From positions 7,874,001 through 7,938,000 of the forward strand of contig CM022679.1 of the NCBI GenBank assembly GCA_012295275.1: DNA of 64,000 nt, given 5' to 3'. The stretch comes from Chrysomallon squamiferum (Eukaryota; Animalia; Mollusca). The position numbers were made by a program, and so were the translations under genes. The notes under the pieces were generated by a model. The model had not been told where the DNA came from. It was given only the letters and a program-made list of their open reading frames with translations, and ran no database searches. This document shows, piece after piece, positions 1 through 14,244 of this stretch; position 1 is the stretch's first letter, and each line of letters begins with the position of its first letter.

Positions 1-532
1 ACCTGGATATATGCAGATACACACTGACTCTCAGACACAAACAGACGATGCGAAAAGACACACAGACTAGACACAGGCTTCTTTCTCTTTCACTTGCTTC
101 AGGCAGTGCTAACACTGACTCCCCTGCTTGCTTCGCACAGAGTCACAGTCTGAAAAAAGAGCAAAAAACACAACCAGCATGTTCAGAATGTAACGCATCC
201 GTAATGGAAAAGCAGATCTCTCTTGTTTTCTCGTTTTTCTCTGCGTCTCTCCTCCCATCAGTACATTGTTTCTTGCTCTGTTTTAATCATTTTGAATCTT
301 CTTTCTCATCTGTTTCTCAGTACGTTCTTTCTCTTTCTCAGTTTCTGTCTCTCTGCTTTCCTTTCCCCATACATCATAACAAGCCTAAATATACTAATTA
401 ATGATAACAAAAATATATATATATATTTTTTATCAGAATCTTTAGAGTAACTGAAGACAGTTTTGACAACCTATATAATTATCCAAAATGTTGGAGAGAG
501 GGTTTGATATAACTGTTCTTGAAAATTATATT

Positions 533-867
<335 letters not shown>

Positions 868-2454
868 CACAGAGCACTCCCTGTGCTATTTTTACCACTG
901 GGACAGAGTTTTATTTCCACTGTGTAATGATAAACACAGACTGATCCACTTAGCGAAACACAGCCTATAGTCTGAAATCCATAAACTAATAACAGCCCCT
1001 CCTCTCTCCCTCTCTCTCCCTCTATCTCTCTCCTCTCTCGCTCTCTCTGGCTAGCTGGCTCACAGAGCCCACCTACTCTGTCAGTTAACTTTTCACTCTG
1101 ATAAAGTGGTCATTTCGTCGTCTGTGAGTGTAGTGTGTGTCAGTGTTACCCAGTTCACTCTGTACAGCACTACATCGAGGCGAGGCTCACATATCCCTGC
1201 AGCCAGTTTGTTTCTACAGTGTTGTTTGTTGTGTTTTCCCCCTCTTCGTAGTACACAGACCTGGCTGATTGACTGACTTGTGTTTCTTGTTTGTGAAAGC
1301 CGATTGTGAAAGTTATATATTTTTAAAAAAACAATTTTTTTTTTTTTTTTTTTTTCTTCTTTTCTGTGTGTGTGTGTGTGTATGTGTGTTGTGAAAACCA
1401 CAGAGGAAGTTTTCAACAGTTATGAGCAATCATACATATCGGAGTAGAGTGAGGCAAGAGGAGGTCAAACAGTGAGGAAGGAAACCCACCAGCAGGCAGA
1501 CTGGGGGTACTGGGTGAGAAGTGTTTGTGTGTTTCTATCTGCCGAGAAATCAGAGAGCTCGACTCGGGGAAAAAAAAATCTACATAATCACCTGCATGGC
1601 AGACTATTAAGCTATCTTGCACATAATGAACCGGCATCTACAGGCTTAACCATGTCCCTCGCCGGTCTGCTGTGATAAACAGTGGAGTGGATTTTTTTGT
1701 GTCCTTTCTCGTGTTATTCACACACTCACTTCTTCTTCTTGTGTGTCTGTGTGTGTTTGTGTGTGTTGTTGTTGTTGTTGTCAGGAGATGTTCAACACGC
1801 TGTCGGAGTTGTTGATGCTGCTACACACCGCTCTCTAGGGACAGCAACGTGAACTCTTCGACCAGAAGAACAAGCGAGCAATCTCCACCCTCCCTGGGTC
1901 ATTTTCTTACTCTATCAAAGGGCAATTTGTACCATAAGTGTCTACCAAGTGCTAAATGGTGGGGAAAAAAAAAAACCAGTGTTAACATTCGAGTACTTGG
2001 ATTGTTTGTGTGTCGAGAGAGACTCTTTTTTATTATTATTATTCCAAGCACAAAGCTGTGAAAAGGATTACTATTTTCATCATCGTCATCATTGTTGTTG
2101 TTGTTGTTGTTGTTGACCTTTGTTCGTTTGTTTATGTTAAGGAGGAGACTTGGCTTTGAGAGGAGTCACACTTGAATTAATGACTTACACCTGAAGCAAG
2201 TTATGCGGAACATCTACAGGTGACAACACTGAGAGAGGTTTTTTTTTTCTCTCTCTCTCTCTCTCCATTCTGTTCTGACGAGAGAATTTTAAGCTGCTCG
2301 GTTGAAATGTCACTCAGTTTATTGCAGCTTTTACTCCGCTGTTAGAAACTATATCCACATTACACTCGTAAAAAAAAAATATAAATATCTGTATCTTCTA
2401 TGTTGAGGTGATTGATTCTACAGACAGTGAAGGACTTACCTGTGTAAAGAATTC

Positions 2455-2467
2455 ATGCAAAGCCCAG
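2455..2467 (+). CDS. Putative first coding micro-segment (MQSP/G) at the 3' end of the BTB gene's upstream exon
   Basis: ATG CAA AGC CCA G followed by consensus donor GTAAGT at 2468. Phase 1 joins exon 9785 (GG AGC TAT...) in frame with ATG 9868 with no stop, adding 32 aa. Confidence 0.5.
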
Positions 2468-3730
2468 GTAAGTACGAAAGAATTCTCGAATCTAAATATC
2501 CATCTCACCTACGTTGGCTTGTTTTCTTTACTTAGGTTTTAGGCTAAGCCCGAGTGTTAACAAGTTATTTACCTGATGATAATACACACTGATGATTAAC
2601 CCACACAGGTAAACACTTTGAAGATAATTACCTGACTTTGAATGCAGGTAGATGTAGGTAATTTTACACACCTCTCCACTTTAAAAAAAAAAAATGTTGA
2701 CTTTTCTTTTTGTTTTCTTATGTTTTTTTTTTTTTTTAAATTCCTCATTCTTTATAATTTTTAAACATTTTTAAAATTTATTTTGTGGATAAAATATGTT
2801 ACTGGACTACTCTAACAAATGCTAAATCTAAACAAACCTCGTTTTTTTTCCTTCAGTTAAACATAATTTCTATGATCATAATGTGAGGTTCTGTAACATG
2901 TAATTAAATTACTTGAATGAAATTACACCAGACTTTTCTAAATTGATGCAATACTTAACACAGGTAATTAAATCAAACCCATTTAACACAGAAACATAAA
3001 GTAAATTATTTCAGTATTTTTTTCTTATTTCTATTTTAAATTTTATTATTATTATTATATTTTTTTATGTCCTTAAAAATAACCTAAAAAATTTAAAAAT
3101 TAAAATAATAATAATAATAATAACGTTAATAAAAATAATAATAACCACAACAACAACCACTGTTAAAAAATATATATATACATATTATTAGACATAATTA
3201 AACAAAACAAATTAATTAAAAAAGGACTCTCCAACCATTCAGAACAAAAAAAAAACAACAACAAAAAAAAATCAGTCATTTTTTTTTTTCTTTTGTAATG
3301 GAACACATCAGTTTTAAAACTCTCAAAACACTTTTTAACTTTATTAAAACGGAACCAACATGCATCTCAACTCTTAAAATGTTTAGTGGGGGACGGAGAC
3401 TTGATTAACTGATGACTACATGCAATTAGGAAGTTGCTGTGGAGCCAGCTGTCTGCCACGACGATGCTGCAGAATGTTTTCAGTGTCTCAACTGACAGAG
3501 GACATTCTGCTAACTTTATCAGTTCAGCCGAGATAATGGGGGTCTGTAGAGAAACAGGTGTTCGTGTGGAATAACATGACAGGGTGGCTGGGGGAATGAG
3601 GTAACAGGTTTGTCTGTGATGTAACTTATGGAATTAGCACTTGTCCACTGAAATCACACTCGTAATTATTCTGCATCGTAGAATGTGGTGGTGGTGGTGG
3701 TAGTGGGGGTTGGTTAGGGGTGGGTGGAGA

Positions 3731-3731
<1 letters not shown>

Positions 3732-3811
<80 letters not shown>

Positions 3812-3942
3812 TGTGTTTGTGTGTGTGTGTGTGTGTAAGTTTGGCTCAGAATATGAGAGAGGTAGAAGAGTTGTTAAGTGGGTGAGAGAAAGAAAAAGAG
3901 GATATGATATGTGTGTGTGTGTGTGTGTGTGTGTGTCTGTGT
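3732..3942. repeat. (GT)n microsatellites
   Basis: Direct dinucleotide runs. Confidence 0.9.
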
Positions 3943-4039
3943 AACCATAGCCATTTTCTAAATATTTTACAAAATATATGGTTCAGTTAATCCTTATTAT
4001 AAGAAATGTTATGATTAAATACTACATATACAGGTAAAT

Positions 4040-4073
<34 letters not shown>

Positions 4074-5446
4074 AAATGTTTCATTTCTTTAGCCATTCAG
4101 GAAATATAAAATAAATTTGAATTAAAAAACCATACCAATAATGTACGTATTTAATTATTCATCATCACATAAAACATTTTTAAAAATTCAATGCACTTGA
4201 TAACTCAGAATCTAATCTTATTTACAACAGTGCATTACCCTCTGTACAAAAAAAAAAAAAAATAATTATATTTTATTAAAAAGTTCAAGTGCTATGACAC
4301 ATACATTATATTCTGACAACCTACCACAAAGTAAGCATTACTCCCCTTAGCATAATTAAAACATATGGTCTTCGTTCCAAATTAAATCATTCAAATAATA
4401 AATTTTCAAAGACATTTTTGCTCGTAAATCACTATATTTAGCAGAGAAAAAAAAACTTAAAAGAAAATATTACATGCCAGTTGTTGATTTTTTTATTTTT
4501 TTAAAATTTGTTTCTTTCTCTTTCTGTTAAAGTGACACTTTGAGGTTCTGGTGTATTATTACCCAAGGAAGGCTGACAGCCATGTGTTTCTGGATTTGTG
4601 TTAATCTGGTTTGAGTTAGTATGTAATACGACTCATAATTACACCACCTCCTTTGTCTTTTGTTATTAATTCAAAACTGCTAACAAGACCACAGGCCTAC
4701 CTCGTCCTCACACAACAACAGTAAAACAGAACACAATTAAAATTAAAAATATCTCAACAGAAAACAATATGGTACCCCGTACAATACAATACAACGCTAC
4801 GAACTCGAACAGAATGGAGTCAAATGTAATACAGCTCAGTTAAACATAACATAACACAACCCAATACAAGTAACATTAAACATAACTACTCAATACTACA
4901 AAGATGAAGGTCAAATACAACACAGTTAAAACAATTAAATGAAAAATATCGTAACAGAACAGAATATAACAGTACCATACTATATACCATAATAATAGTA
5001 AAAGCCTGAACGCAGTATCAGTCAAATACAACTAAATTAAACATAATATAATAACATAACATAACATAACAAACATAATATAATAACATTACATAACCTA
5101 ACAAACATAATATGATATAGTCTAATACAACACAACAGAACACAACATGAAAATGTAACAACATGATACATTAAGAATATAAAAAACATTGTTAAAAATC
5201 TCACTCAGATAAATATGCCAGAAAGTATGCATGGTGCATCAATCATCATTAATGTCACAATAAAAATAGCGCAGTGTTATAAAAGAGAGATTGTGTGAAG
5301 TTGACTCAACATTTATACATGTATGTTAAGCACCAGGCTTTTAGGCAAGTACAAATAAAAACATTCTAAAATAACAAGATCAACTTGACGTCAACTAAAC
5401 AGAAGAATGAGAGAGAGAAACCTGTTCTCAAACCAAATAAAAATCA

Positions 5447-5790
5447 AGTGTGTATGTGTATATATGTATGTATGTGTATATACGTATATGTGTGTGTATG
5501 TGTATGTGTATATATGTATATATGTATATATGTATGTATGTGTATGTGTATATACGTATATGTTAATGTATGTGTGTATATGTATATGTGTATGTATGTG
5601 TATATATGTATATGTGTATGTATGTATGTATGTGTATATATGTATATGTGTATGTATGTGTATATACGTATATATATATGTGTATATATGTATGTGAATA
5701 TATTTATATATGTATGTGTATGTATATGTGTATGTGTATGTATGTATGTGTATATATGTATGTATGTATATGTGCGTGCATGTGTGTGTA
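5447..5790. repeat. Compound (TATG)/(TA)/(TG) microsatellite
   Basis: Direct; it generates several spurious ORFs in the track. Confidence 0.95.
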
Positions 5791-6719
5791 GAAATTAATG
5801 CAAGAGAAAAAAGGAAAACAAAAAGAAAATGATTGGGAAATACAGAGAGATAGCGAGAGACAGGAAAAAGAGAGAGACAGACAGAGAGACAGGAGAGTGA
5901 GAATGAGACAGAGACACAAAAGAGAGAGAAAAATATATGGATAAAGAAGACAGACAGACAAATACAAATACTAGAAACAGAAGAAAAGGAAAATAACAGT
6001 AAAGTGAAGGAGAAGTGGAAAAGAGGGAGAGAGTAGAAGCTGTGTAAATTTGTTATCTCGCGAGTACCGCTAATGAATGAAGTTTGAGCAATCAGTAATG
6101 TGATTAACCAGGAGGAAAAACAACACATCACACAGCCTGGTAGTCAGGGCCAGGAGTCCTGTCTCCAGTTCAACATTGTTAATGGACCTTAGGACTAGAA
6201 AATTCAATTCCGTCTGCTACAGCATATGTTTATCTGGCGAAAAAGACAGTGGGGTCTGCTGCCCGGTTAAAGAGTCCAGAGTCATCATCATCAGCAGCAG
6301 CAGCAAGCAAGCACATGGACAATATTTAGTTTTCACTCAGACTGACTGTCTCCCACTTCATCACAAAACTGTGGCTTTTTTTTTTTAATTTTGTTGTTGT
6401 TTGGTTTAATGGCAGCCAAAGCAGTAATGGAAGGATTAAAGGGGCCGAGGTGTCTGTCTAATATACTGACTGGTAAGTGGCTGACTGAGCTGGGTGGGTC
6501 ACCAGCTGTTCGGATGACTGGCTCACTGGTTTGTCTTCTCTCTCTCTCTCTCTCTCTCTCTGCCTGGCTGCTTGCTTGACTTGGCTTGGCTTGGCTTGGC
6601 TGGTCAGGTATTCCTCTAAAGCCACATGTGGAACAAATGGATTCTGAACAGCATGTTATCACAATGCTGTTGTGGACTGTGATAAACAAAAAACACTTTT
6701 TTACTAGAAATGTTGCATT

Positions 6720-6930
6720 CATTTTTTCTGGACAAGTAAATCAGTTTTCTAGAAATGTCGTAGGATATAGAAGTTTTCTTGAAATGCTGCAGGACGTAAA
6801 TGTTTTCTAAAAATATTGCAGGACCTACGTGTTTTCCAGAATTATTATGGGACATAAACAAGCTCTCTAGAAATGTTAAAAGACTTAACAAGTTTTCTTC
6901 AAGAGTGTTAGGACATATCAGTTTTCTTGT
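6720..6930. repeat. Degenerate tandem repeat of about 30 bp
   Basis: GTTTTCTAGAAATG...AGGAC motif recurring about 6-7 times. Confidence 0.65.
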
Positions 6931-7819
6931 GTAGGTGGGAGTTGACTTTTTTTGTATGTTCCAATCCTCTTATCAAGGTAAGAAGCTGAGCTTGTTTATT
7001 TGTTATTGTACACATGTGTGTGTGTATAAAAAAAAAAACCCTGTATTAACACCATGCTGATATCATGAGGTCAAACCATCACAAATCCCATACAGGTGAA
7101 AGGTTTGATTAACACATACAAAAGAAAAGGCAGACTGGTGACATTGTTTGAATTTCTGACCTGGAAGCCATTTGTTTTGTTTGCCTTTTATCTTGTCACT
7201 TGAAATGTTCGTGTTGGACAAGTGCATGTCTGTGTTATTTTACAGATCGTGTATGGGTTTGTGTTTGTGTTTGTGCATGTATGTGTGTGTGTATTTATGT
7301 TTGTGTGTATGGCAGGTAATGATGAGTTAGTGAGAGAGAGAGAGATACATGTGTGTGAGAATGTGAAACTGTGGAAAGTAATAAGTGGACTAAGTGAATG
7401 ACATAGATGAAGAAGAGAACAAAAAGAATAATTTAAAAATGTTCACGGTTTTACTTATTTGTCAACTGTATGAATGAATGCATAAATCTTCAAATTTTAT
7501 ATTTACATGCTTTTTAAACACATACAACACACAAACACACATACACATTCATATGAATATACATACATACATACATGCACACATTCACGTTCAAAATATG
7601 AATTAACAGAAGAAAAGAAATACAAATAATATACATCACAATGGCTTTAACTATTCATATTTGTATTACCAACACACACATTTGTCTGTGTTATGTGTGC
7701 TTATGTATATGTACAAACAAAGCTGGGAGTTTAATCTGTTCAAAATGACAGAGAGAATACACAGAGTTGAGAAAATCTAGGTCTGTGTACTGATCAAACA
7801 GGTTATATTGATTGTAACA

Positions 7820-8215
7820 AGACAGCTACATACGATTAACACTGTCGATAACTTTTATTGTGTGTGGTTTATAACAATTACAGTCAATGTAAGATAATTA
7901 GATTATTACACAGACACCCAGGTTCTACAAAATTTATCAAATCTTTGTAACATAAAAACAGCTATGTATGTATTATAACACTGTGTTGATAACTGTTATT
8001 GTGTATGGCTGATAAAAGCAGCAATTACAGTCATTGTAAGATAACTGAATTATTACAAAGACACCCAGGTTCTATGAAATTTATTCAAATCTTTGTAACA
8101 TAAAAACAGCTATGTATGTGTGTTATATAACACTGTGTTGATAACTGTTATTGTGTATGGCTGATAACTGAATTATTACACAATCACCCAGCATCTATGA
8201 AATTTATTAAATCTT
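7820..8215. repeat. Degenerate tandem repeat, about 3 copies of 130-150 bp
   Basis: ACAGCTA...AACACTGTGTTGATAACTGTTATTGTGT...ATTATTACA...CACCCAG...AAATTTAT..AAATCTTTGT repeated. Confidence 0.85.
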
Positions 8216-9509
8216 TGTTTTTTTCTGGTCAGTGAAGGGGGATATGATGTAATTCTCAAGTGAATTTAAACAAACAAAGCCAGTTAAATTCTTGTTTTAC
8301 ATCTCACTGTGAACACACTTCAAAGTTATGAAAAACAATGTTAAACTGGTTTTGTTTTAGATTCAATAAAATTCATCATTTTGATACTGAATAAAGAAGT
8401 AACATCTGTTTAGTTTAAAAATTAAATATTTTATAATTTGAAATTTCTAAACCACTGTATATTTTAAAATTATATCTGTTAATAACGTAGTAAAAATTAA
8501 GATATTCATGCATGTGTATGTTTGCATATATATCTCTCTATTCATGTATTTAGTATGTATGTATGTATATATGTACATATGTATGAAATGCTATGTATTT
8601 ATGCATCCGTGTCTAAATGCATGTGTATCTGTATGCTGTATTATGTATGTATGTATGTATGTATGTATGTATGTATGTATGTATGTACATATTCTCACAA
8701 ACACAAACATAAATGTCTGTATCATGTATTACATATTCTCACAAACAAATAAAAAAAAATTAAAAAAAAACAATAAAAAAAAAAACTTTTAAAAACATCA
8801 GGTGGAAGTCTATTTTAAATCACTGAGTGAGATAAAATTATGTAACTAGAGTTGTCTTTTTTTTCTTTTTTTTTTTTACCTTTTTACCCTGATTAACTCC
8901 GTGTGTACAGGTATGAAGTGAAAAGCTTACACAGACCTGCAGGTGGTTTGTTGTGTCATGTTTACATTCGCCAAGCTGAACTTTCCACACACAGAAAAAA
9001 AATAAAAAAAATAAACTTTGAGTGGCAAGCAAACATTATTGTACATAAAGCAAACACATTTAGGAAAAGAGATTCTTTTTAACAAACCACGCAACATGAT
9101 CACAGACATCTTTTCTCTATTAGCAGAGAGAGTTTAAAAATTAACACGTATACAAATGTTTTTTCTTCTTTTTTCAAGTTTTTAATTTTTTTTTTTTTTT
9201 TTTTGTAATGCAAAGAGGAAATATGAAGTTAACTTCCTTTTTTTTAGTTTTCATGTGAAATTAATTTGGGTTTAGTTACAAGCATTTATTTGTTATATTC
9301 TTGCATTTTGTGAAGGAAATTTTTTTTTTTACCATTAAAAAAGCATTATTTGTGTTGATATGCAGATATTTTGAATTGTTATGTTAAAAAAAAAAAACAT
9401 GAAGATGTTGGTATAAAAAAAATTAAATTGTACAAATTGTAAAACTTTTCTCATTTATTGAAATTTCTGTGAATTTACAATTATTTAAACTTGATTTCTG
9501 AGTAAAAAG

Positions 9510-9810
9510 ACATCTATAAAATCATCATTTTTAACATGTAGTAGTTTTGGTATATTATAGGAAGCTGTTCTTTCACCAATGACTGTTTATGTCTTTAAAT
9601 TTACTATTATTTGAATAAGTAACAACTTATCTCTTTATAATCATCATTTTTTAACAAGAAGTATTTTCTTTGCAGGGTGCTATTCTTTCACAAACAGATG
9701 TAAATCTACTATCATTTGAATGATTAACAACTGATCTCTCTGTAATCATCATCATCATTTTAACATGAAGTATTTTTGTTGCAGGGAGCTATTCTTTCAC
9801 AAACGGCTGT
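9510..9810. repeat. Tandem triplication of about 110 bp containing the BTB exon acceptor
   Basis: ATCATCATTTTTAACA..AGTA.TTT..AG|G.AGCT.TTCTTTCAC occurs three times, with AGs ending at 9560, 9675 and 9784. Confidence 0.85.
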
Positions 9811-9867
9811 CTGTGGCTGTGGTGGCCTGACCCGAGAAGATCTGTAAAATGCTGCGGACCGGCGAGA

Positions 9868-10971
9868 ATGAAACGATTCAGTGCACCCAACCGGCACTAC
9901 CCCGACCCCACCTGCCCGCCCCAGGGGGTGGACGACGACGACGACACAGCCAGCCTCAGTGACGGCAGCAAGAAGGTGAAGACGGCGCAGTCGTTCGAGT
10001 CGCTGTTCGACAACGAGTCTCACAGCGACGTCGTGCTGGACGTCAACGATGGACAGTTCACGTTCCACGCGCACAGAATGATTCTCGGGATGAAGAGCGA
10101 GGTCTTCGCTTCGCTGCTGAACAACGTCGCGGCAGCCGACGGGCAGACGTCGACACTGCGCCTCCGGGAACAGCAGGAATGCGCCCGCATCTTCAGCCGC
10201 TTCCTCTACTTCATCTACAGCGGCGCCGTCTGGCTGCACAGGGACTATGTCATTCCTCTGCACAGGCTGGCGGAGAAGTATACCGTCAGGCCTCTGTGTT
10301 CACACTGTGAAAGCTACATTCAGCAGCTGCTGTCAAACACAATTTCCTCGCCAGCCAGTTCCAGAGGATTTGCCATCAGCGTGGTGCACGACTTGTGCGA
10401 AAACAACAACAACAGCAGCAGCAGCAGCAGCATGGACGAAATAAAGCGTCTGGCCTTCAAGGTTCTGTGCATTCGTTTCAAGGAGTTCGTGCGCAGCGAC
10501 CACTGGGTCAACTGCTCCTGGAACATCGTCCGCGATCTCATTCAGAGTGACGACTGCAACGCTGAGGAGAGCTTCATCCTGACTTCGGCTACGGACTGGA
10601 TGAAGAAGAACAAGCTGCAGGCCAAAGGTCAGATAGAGGACATCCTTTCGAACATTCGCTACCCGCTCCTGAACAGGAGGGTGCTGTACCATCTGCAGAA
10701 AAACGGAGCGTTCAAGAACTTCCCGTGTGTTCAGGACTTGGTGGACAACGCCGTCAAATACCACTGCTTCAAAGACCTGCCAGAAGCCAAGGACGACTTC
10801 GTCGGTGTTCAGTTTGAGCAGCGCGATAACAGACTGCGTGGTTCGCAAGCAGAGATCAGCAACGTTGCGGCAGCATCGTCGGTTATTAATAATAATAATA
10901 ATAATAATAACAGCAGCAGTACTGACTGCAGTGTTGTGCAACAGTTGACTAAAACTGGTGACCCTACATGA
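9868..10971 (+). CDS. BTB/POZ + BACK domain protein (BTBD17-like, no C-terminal Kelch repeats); probable Cullin-3 adaptor
   Basis: 367-aa ORF, GC/CpG-rich against an AT-rich background. BTB motifs SDVVLDV...FHAHRMILGMKSEVF...FSRFLYFIYSG...LAEKYTVRPLCSHC, followed by BACK-type EESFILTSATDWM...ILSNIRYPLL. Acceptor tttttgttgcag ends at 9784 and the frame is open from the exon start to the ATG. The BTBD17 assignment is from motif recall, not a search. Confidence 0.9.
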   Translation: MKRFSAPNRHYPDPTCPPQGVDDDDDTASLSDGSKKVKTAQSFESLFDNESHSDVVLDVNDGQFTFHAHRMILGMKSEVFASLLNNVAAADGQTSTLRLREQQECARIFSRFLYFIYSGAVWLHRDYVIPLHRLAEKYTVRPLCSHCESYIQQLLSNTISSPASSRGFAISVVHDLCENNNNSSSSSSMDEIKRLAFKVLCIRFKEFVRSDHWVNCSWNIVRDLIQSDDCNAEESFILTSATDWMKKNKLQAKGQIEDILSNIRYPLLNRRVLYHLQKNGAFKNFPCVQDLVDNAVKYHCFKDLPEAKDDFVGVQFEQRDNRLRGSQAEISNVAAASSVINNNNNNNNSSSTDCSVVQQLTKTGDPT

Positions 10972-12389
10972 CCTCGCGTCTGTCTTGATTCGGATTTTTT
11001 GTGAAAGGAATAATAATATATGAAAGTCAGTGCATTTCTGTGAGATACTTTCTTGTATGGATAAAAGAGAGCGGTGAACAGGTATCGACTGAATGTCAGT
11101 GAAAGATAATAGTTTCAGAAGAATTTCACTGTGGCAGATAAAAAGTGAATTTCTGTGGGCAAATACGTTCTAATGTGACAAGTTCTTGGTCTTAAGATAA
11201 CTTCTTGATTCCTGATAAATTTAATTAATTTTTAAATAAATTTTAAATTTTATTTTTTAATGTACACTAGAGGGTTTCTTTTCTTCTTTTTTTATTCTTG
11301 AAGAAATAGTTAAGTATCTGTAATGAATTTTTTCTAAATTTATTTCCTTTTTTAAATTTATTTATTGTAACATTATGTAAGACATCTGCTGTTAACAATG
11401 ATCAAAATATTTATCTAAATGAGCTATTTGTGTGAGGGAAGCTTGTATCATTAAAAAAAATGGAAACAATAGAATAAAATGTCAGAGAATGAGCCATTAC
11501 TAAATTAGATTTCAGAACATTTGTTTCTAATTATCTCTTATCAGTAAAAAATTAAAATCCAATATTTTTATAATGTAAATATAATTCTTATCTCTGAAAT
11601 ACAATTAAGTATTTTAAAAATTTTAAATTTTAAATTAGTTTAAAAATTCATTTTTCAAGATGAAATGAAAATAAAGATCTCTGCTGCCAGATACATTTTG
11701 AAAAAAATGTGAAACAAACAGTTTTAAGTTTTTATTCTGGGGATTTTAAATTAATAAAAAGGAGAAGTTTTCAGGAAAAAAATAAAAGTTTTAAGAAAAA
11801 TAACACATACATACATAACTATATACATACTAACACACACAGACAAACACTAACACATACACACACAAACCCAAAGAAGCACACATAGATAGATATATAT
11901 ATATACACAAACACATAACACACACACATACATACATACACCATTCAATTTTTTATCACCAAATTCAACACGTCACAACTTCTTAACTTTCTCCTACGAT
12001 AAACTTTCATTTTCATCACTTTCACTTTCATCGTAACAAAACATGCTTGCAAACAACCTCCCCACCAATGTTAATCCATGTTTTAGCAAACCATCTTATG
12101 AAAAAAAAAAAAAAAAAAAAGAAGAAAAATGGTTTATAATGTGTATGTAAATAAACAAATTACAAACAGTTATCTTCGTGTGTCATTCTGTTTTGCCTGA
12201 GTACTGGAGGCTTGCACCCAGACAACCTGGCTCCAGCGAACACTATCACAGAGCTGCTTCACTGACCCTGGCACAGAGCCCACTTGCCTTGTCTGTCTCT
12301 CTTTGTTTATACACAAATCAGGAGGAAATTAGGTGGTCTCACCCACCAGTTTTTTTTTTTTTTTTTTTTTTTGCAAACTACTGAATTAA

Positions 12390-12850
12390 GCCGTTTTTTC
12401 TGTTATAGACAGAATATTAGAAAGATAACATAGATGATTGCATGGAAATGGTCTGTTATGTCTTTTAAATGTATAAGAGAACAGTTTAGTATCTTTTTTT
12501 TTTGTTTAGATAATAATCAAACTGTTTTCTGTTATAGAATATTGAAAAGATAAAATACATGATTACATGGAAATGGTCTGTATTTCTTGTACAAATGTAA
12601 TTGAACAGTTTAATATCACTTCTTTTTTTTAATATATAAATAAAACTGTTTTTTGTTATAGAATATTAAAAATATAAAATACATGATTATTACAGAAATG
12701 GTTTGTATTTCTTGGTTACATACTGCTAACCACTTGAGTTTAGAAACTACTGAATATAACTGGATTGTTGTTTTTGTTTTTTTTATCATAATCAAATATT
12801 CAAAATATAAAATAGATGATTATACAAAAATGGTCTGTCTATTTTTTAAA
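12390..12850. repeat. Degenerate tandem repeat of about 125 bp, about 4 copies
   Basis: TTTTCTGTTATAG.AATATT.AAAAGATAA.ATA.ATGATT..ATGGAAATGGTCTGT recurring. Confidence 0.75.
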
Positions 12851-14244
12851 ATTAAAACATAAGATATAATTTATCTGAAATACTGAAGAGATAAAATAAC
12901 TAAAAAATTTACTTTTTAAAATACTGAGATAAAGTTCAACAGTTAATTATATACTTTTTAAATATTCTAAATGAAAATTATTATCCGTTACAGTCAGAAC
13001 ATTAAAATATTTTATTAAAAAATACAAGATAAATGAGCATAACTTGACAGTTGATTATAAACAGTTTTTTAAAAATATCAAATCAGTCAGTTTCCCATTA
13101 CAGCGAGAATATTAAAATATAAAATTCAGTTTATCAAAAATGGCAAAATGATAAAACAGTTAAATAAGATGCTCAAATATTTTTGTGTAAGAGTTGAGAT
13201 TAAACAGTTTTTAAAAGTACTAAATCAAAACAAAACATTAAAATAAAAAACACAGTTTGTCTAAAACAACGAAGACTGCCAATCATTTATTAAAATAATG
13301 AAATTTTCATTTTAATTACTTTTATTTCTATTCTCTTTTTTTAAAATTTGTAAAATGAATTATTAGTTTGGTTTTTAAAAAACTGACGAAAAATTATTTG
13401 TGAAATAGTAATGTTCCTGGAGCAGGGTAATTCAAAAATATTCAAAAATATTATACATTAAAATTTAAATAATAAAAAAAAAAAAAGTTTGATTGATGAC
13501 TGATTCTTCTTGTATGACATTCAGTAATAATTCAGAAAGAGCAATCTTGCAATACAAACTTGTTCAGTTCACGCAAAACCGTGAATCCAGGATCATTCTT
13601 GCAAAAAGTGAATGACGAGACTTTATTTTTTTAAACAGTGAATCTGATTAGAAATATAATATTTCACTGTCACACACAAGAAGTGTGACCAGATTTTCTT
13701 AGTGACTCAGTTTGGATGGCTGTTGTGTTGTCATTTTGAATAATGTCTAACAATTACACGAAGGGAAAAAAAAAAAAAAAACCACTTTCAGAATTTATAA
13801 AAGCTCAACATATCACAGCCCAGTTAACCATTTATCTTAAACCACTGGATTCAGAACAGTAATATTGTACATATATTATTATCTGTAATACTGAAGAATT
13901 CACTACAATTTGTAACAAAAGCAGATTAAACTGAATACATGTTTGTAATTATCTGATTATGTAAAACTAATTTTTCTTAAAAAGACATTTTGGATAATGG
14001 ATTGTTGTTGACTTGAGTAATTGTTCTGTTGTGAATTTATCGACTGAATCCACTGAACAGAACTGAACAACATTATCATTATGATAAACACCTTTCATCT
14101 GCGACAATGAAAATAACTGTATTTGATATGCGTCTTTTATGGGTATACTTCTGAAACTATAAAACATCAAAGTGGAAAAATCCTTTGGAATAATTCCTAG
14201 TTATTGCTTTGTAAGTATGGCAGTCTTCACTCCATGATTCAGAA

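Noticed and set aside
5385-6131. ORFs up to 246 aa rich in C/V/Y/M or H/T/Y/I
   Set aside because: Stop-free frames of compound TATG/TG microsatellite; the same applies to 8.5, 47.7 and 48.3 kb.
9760-10948. Antisense and alternative-frame ORFs over the BTB gene (167 aa, 202 aa, etc.)
   Set aside because: Shadows of a GC3-rich coding exon with no recognisable motifs.
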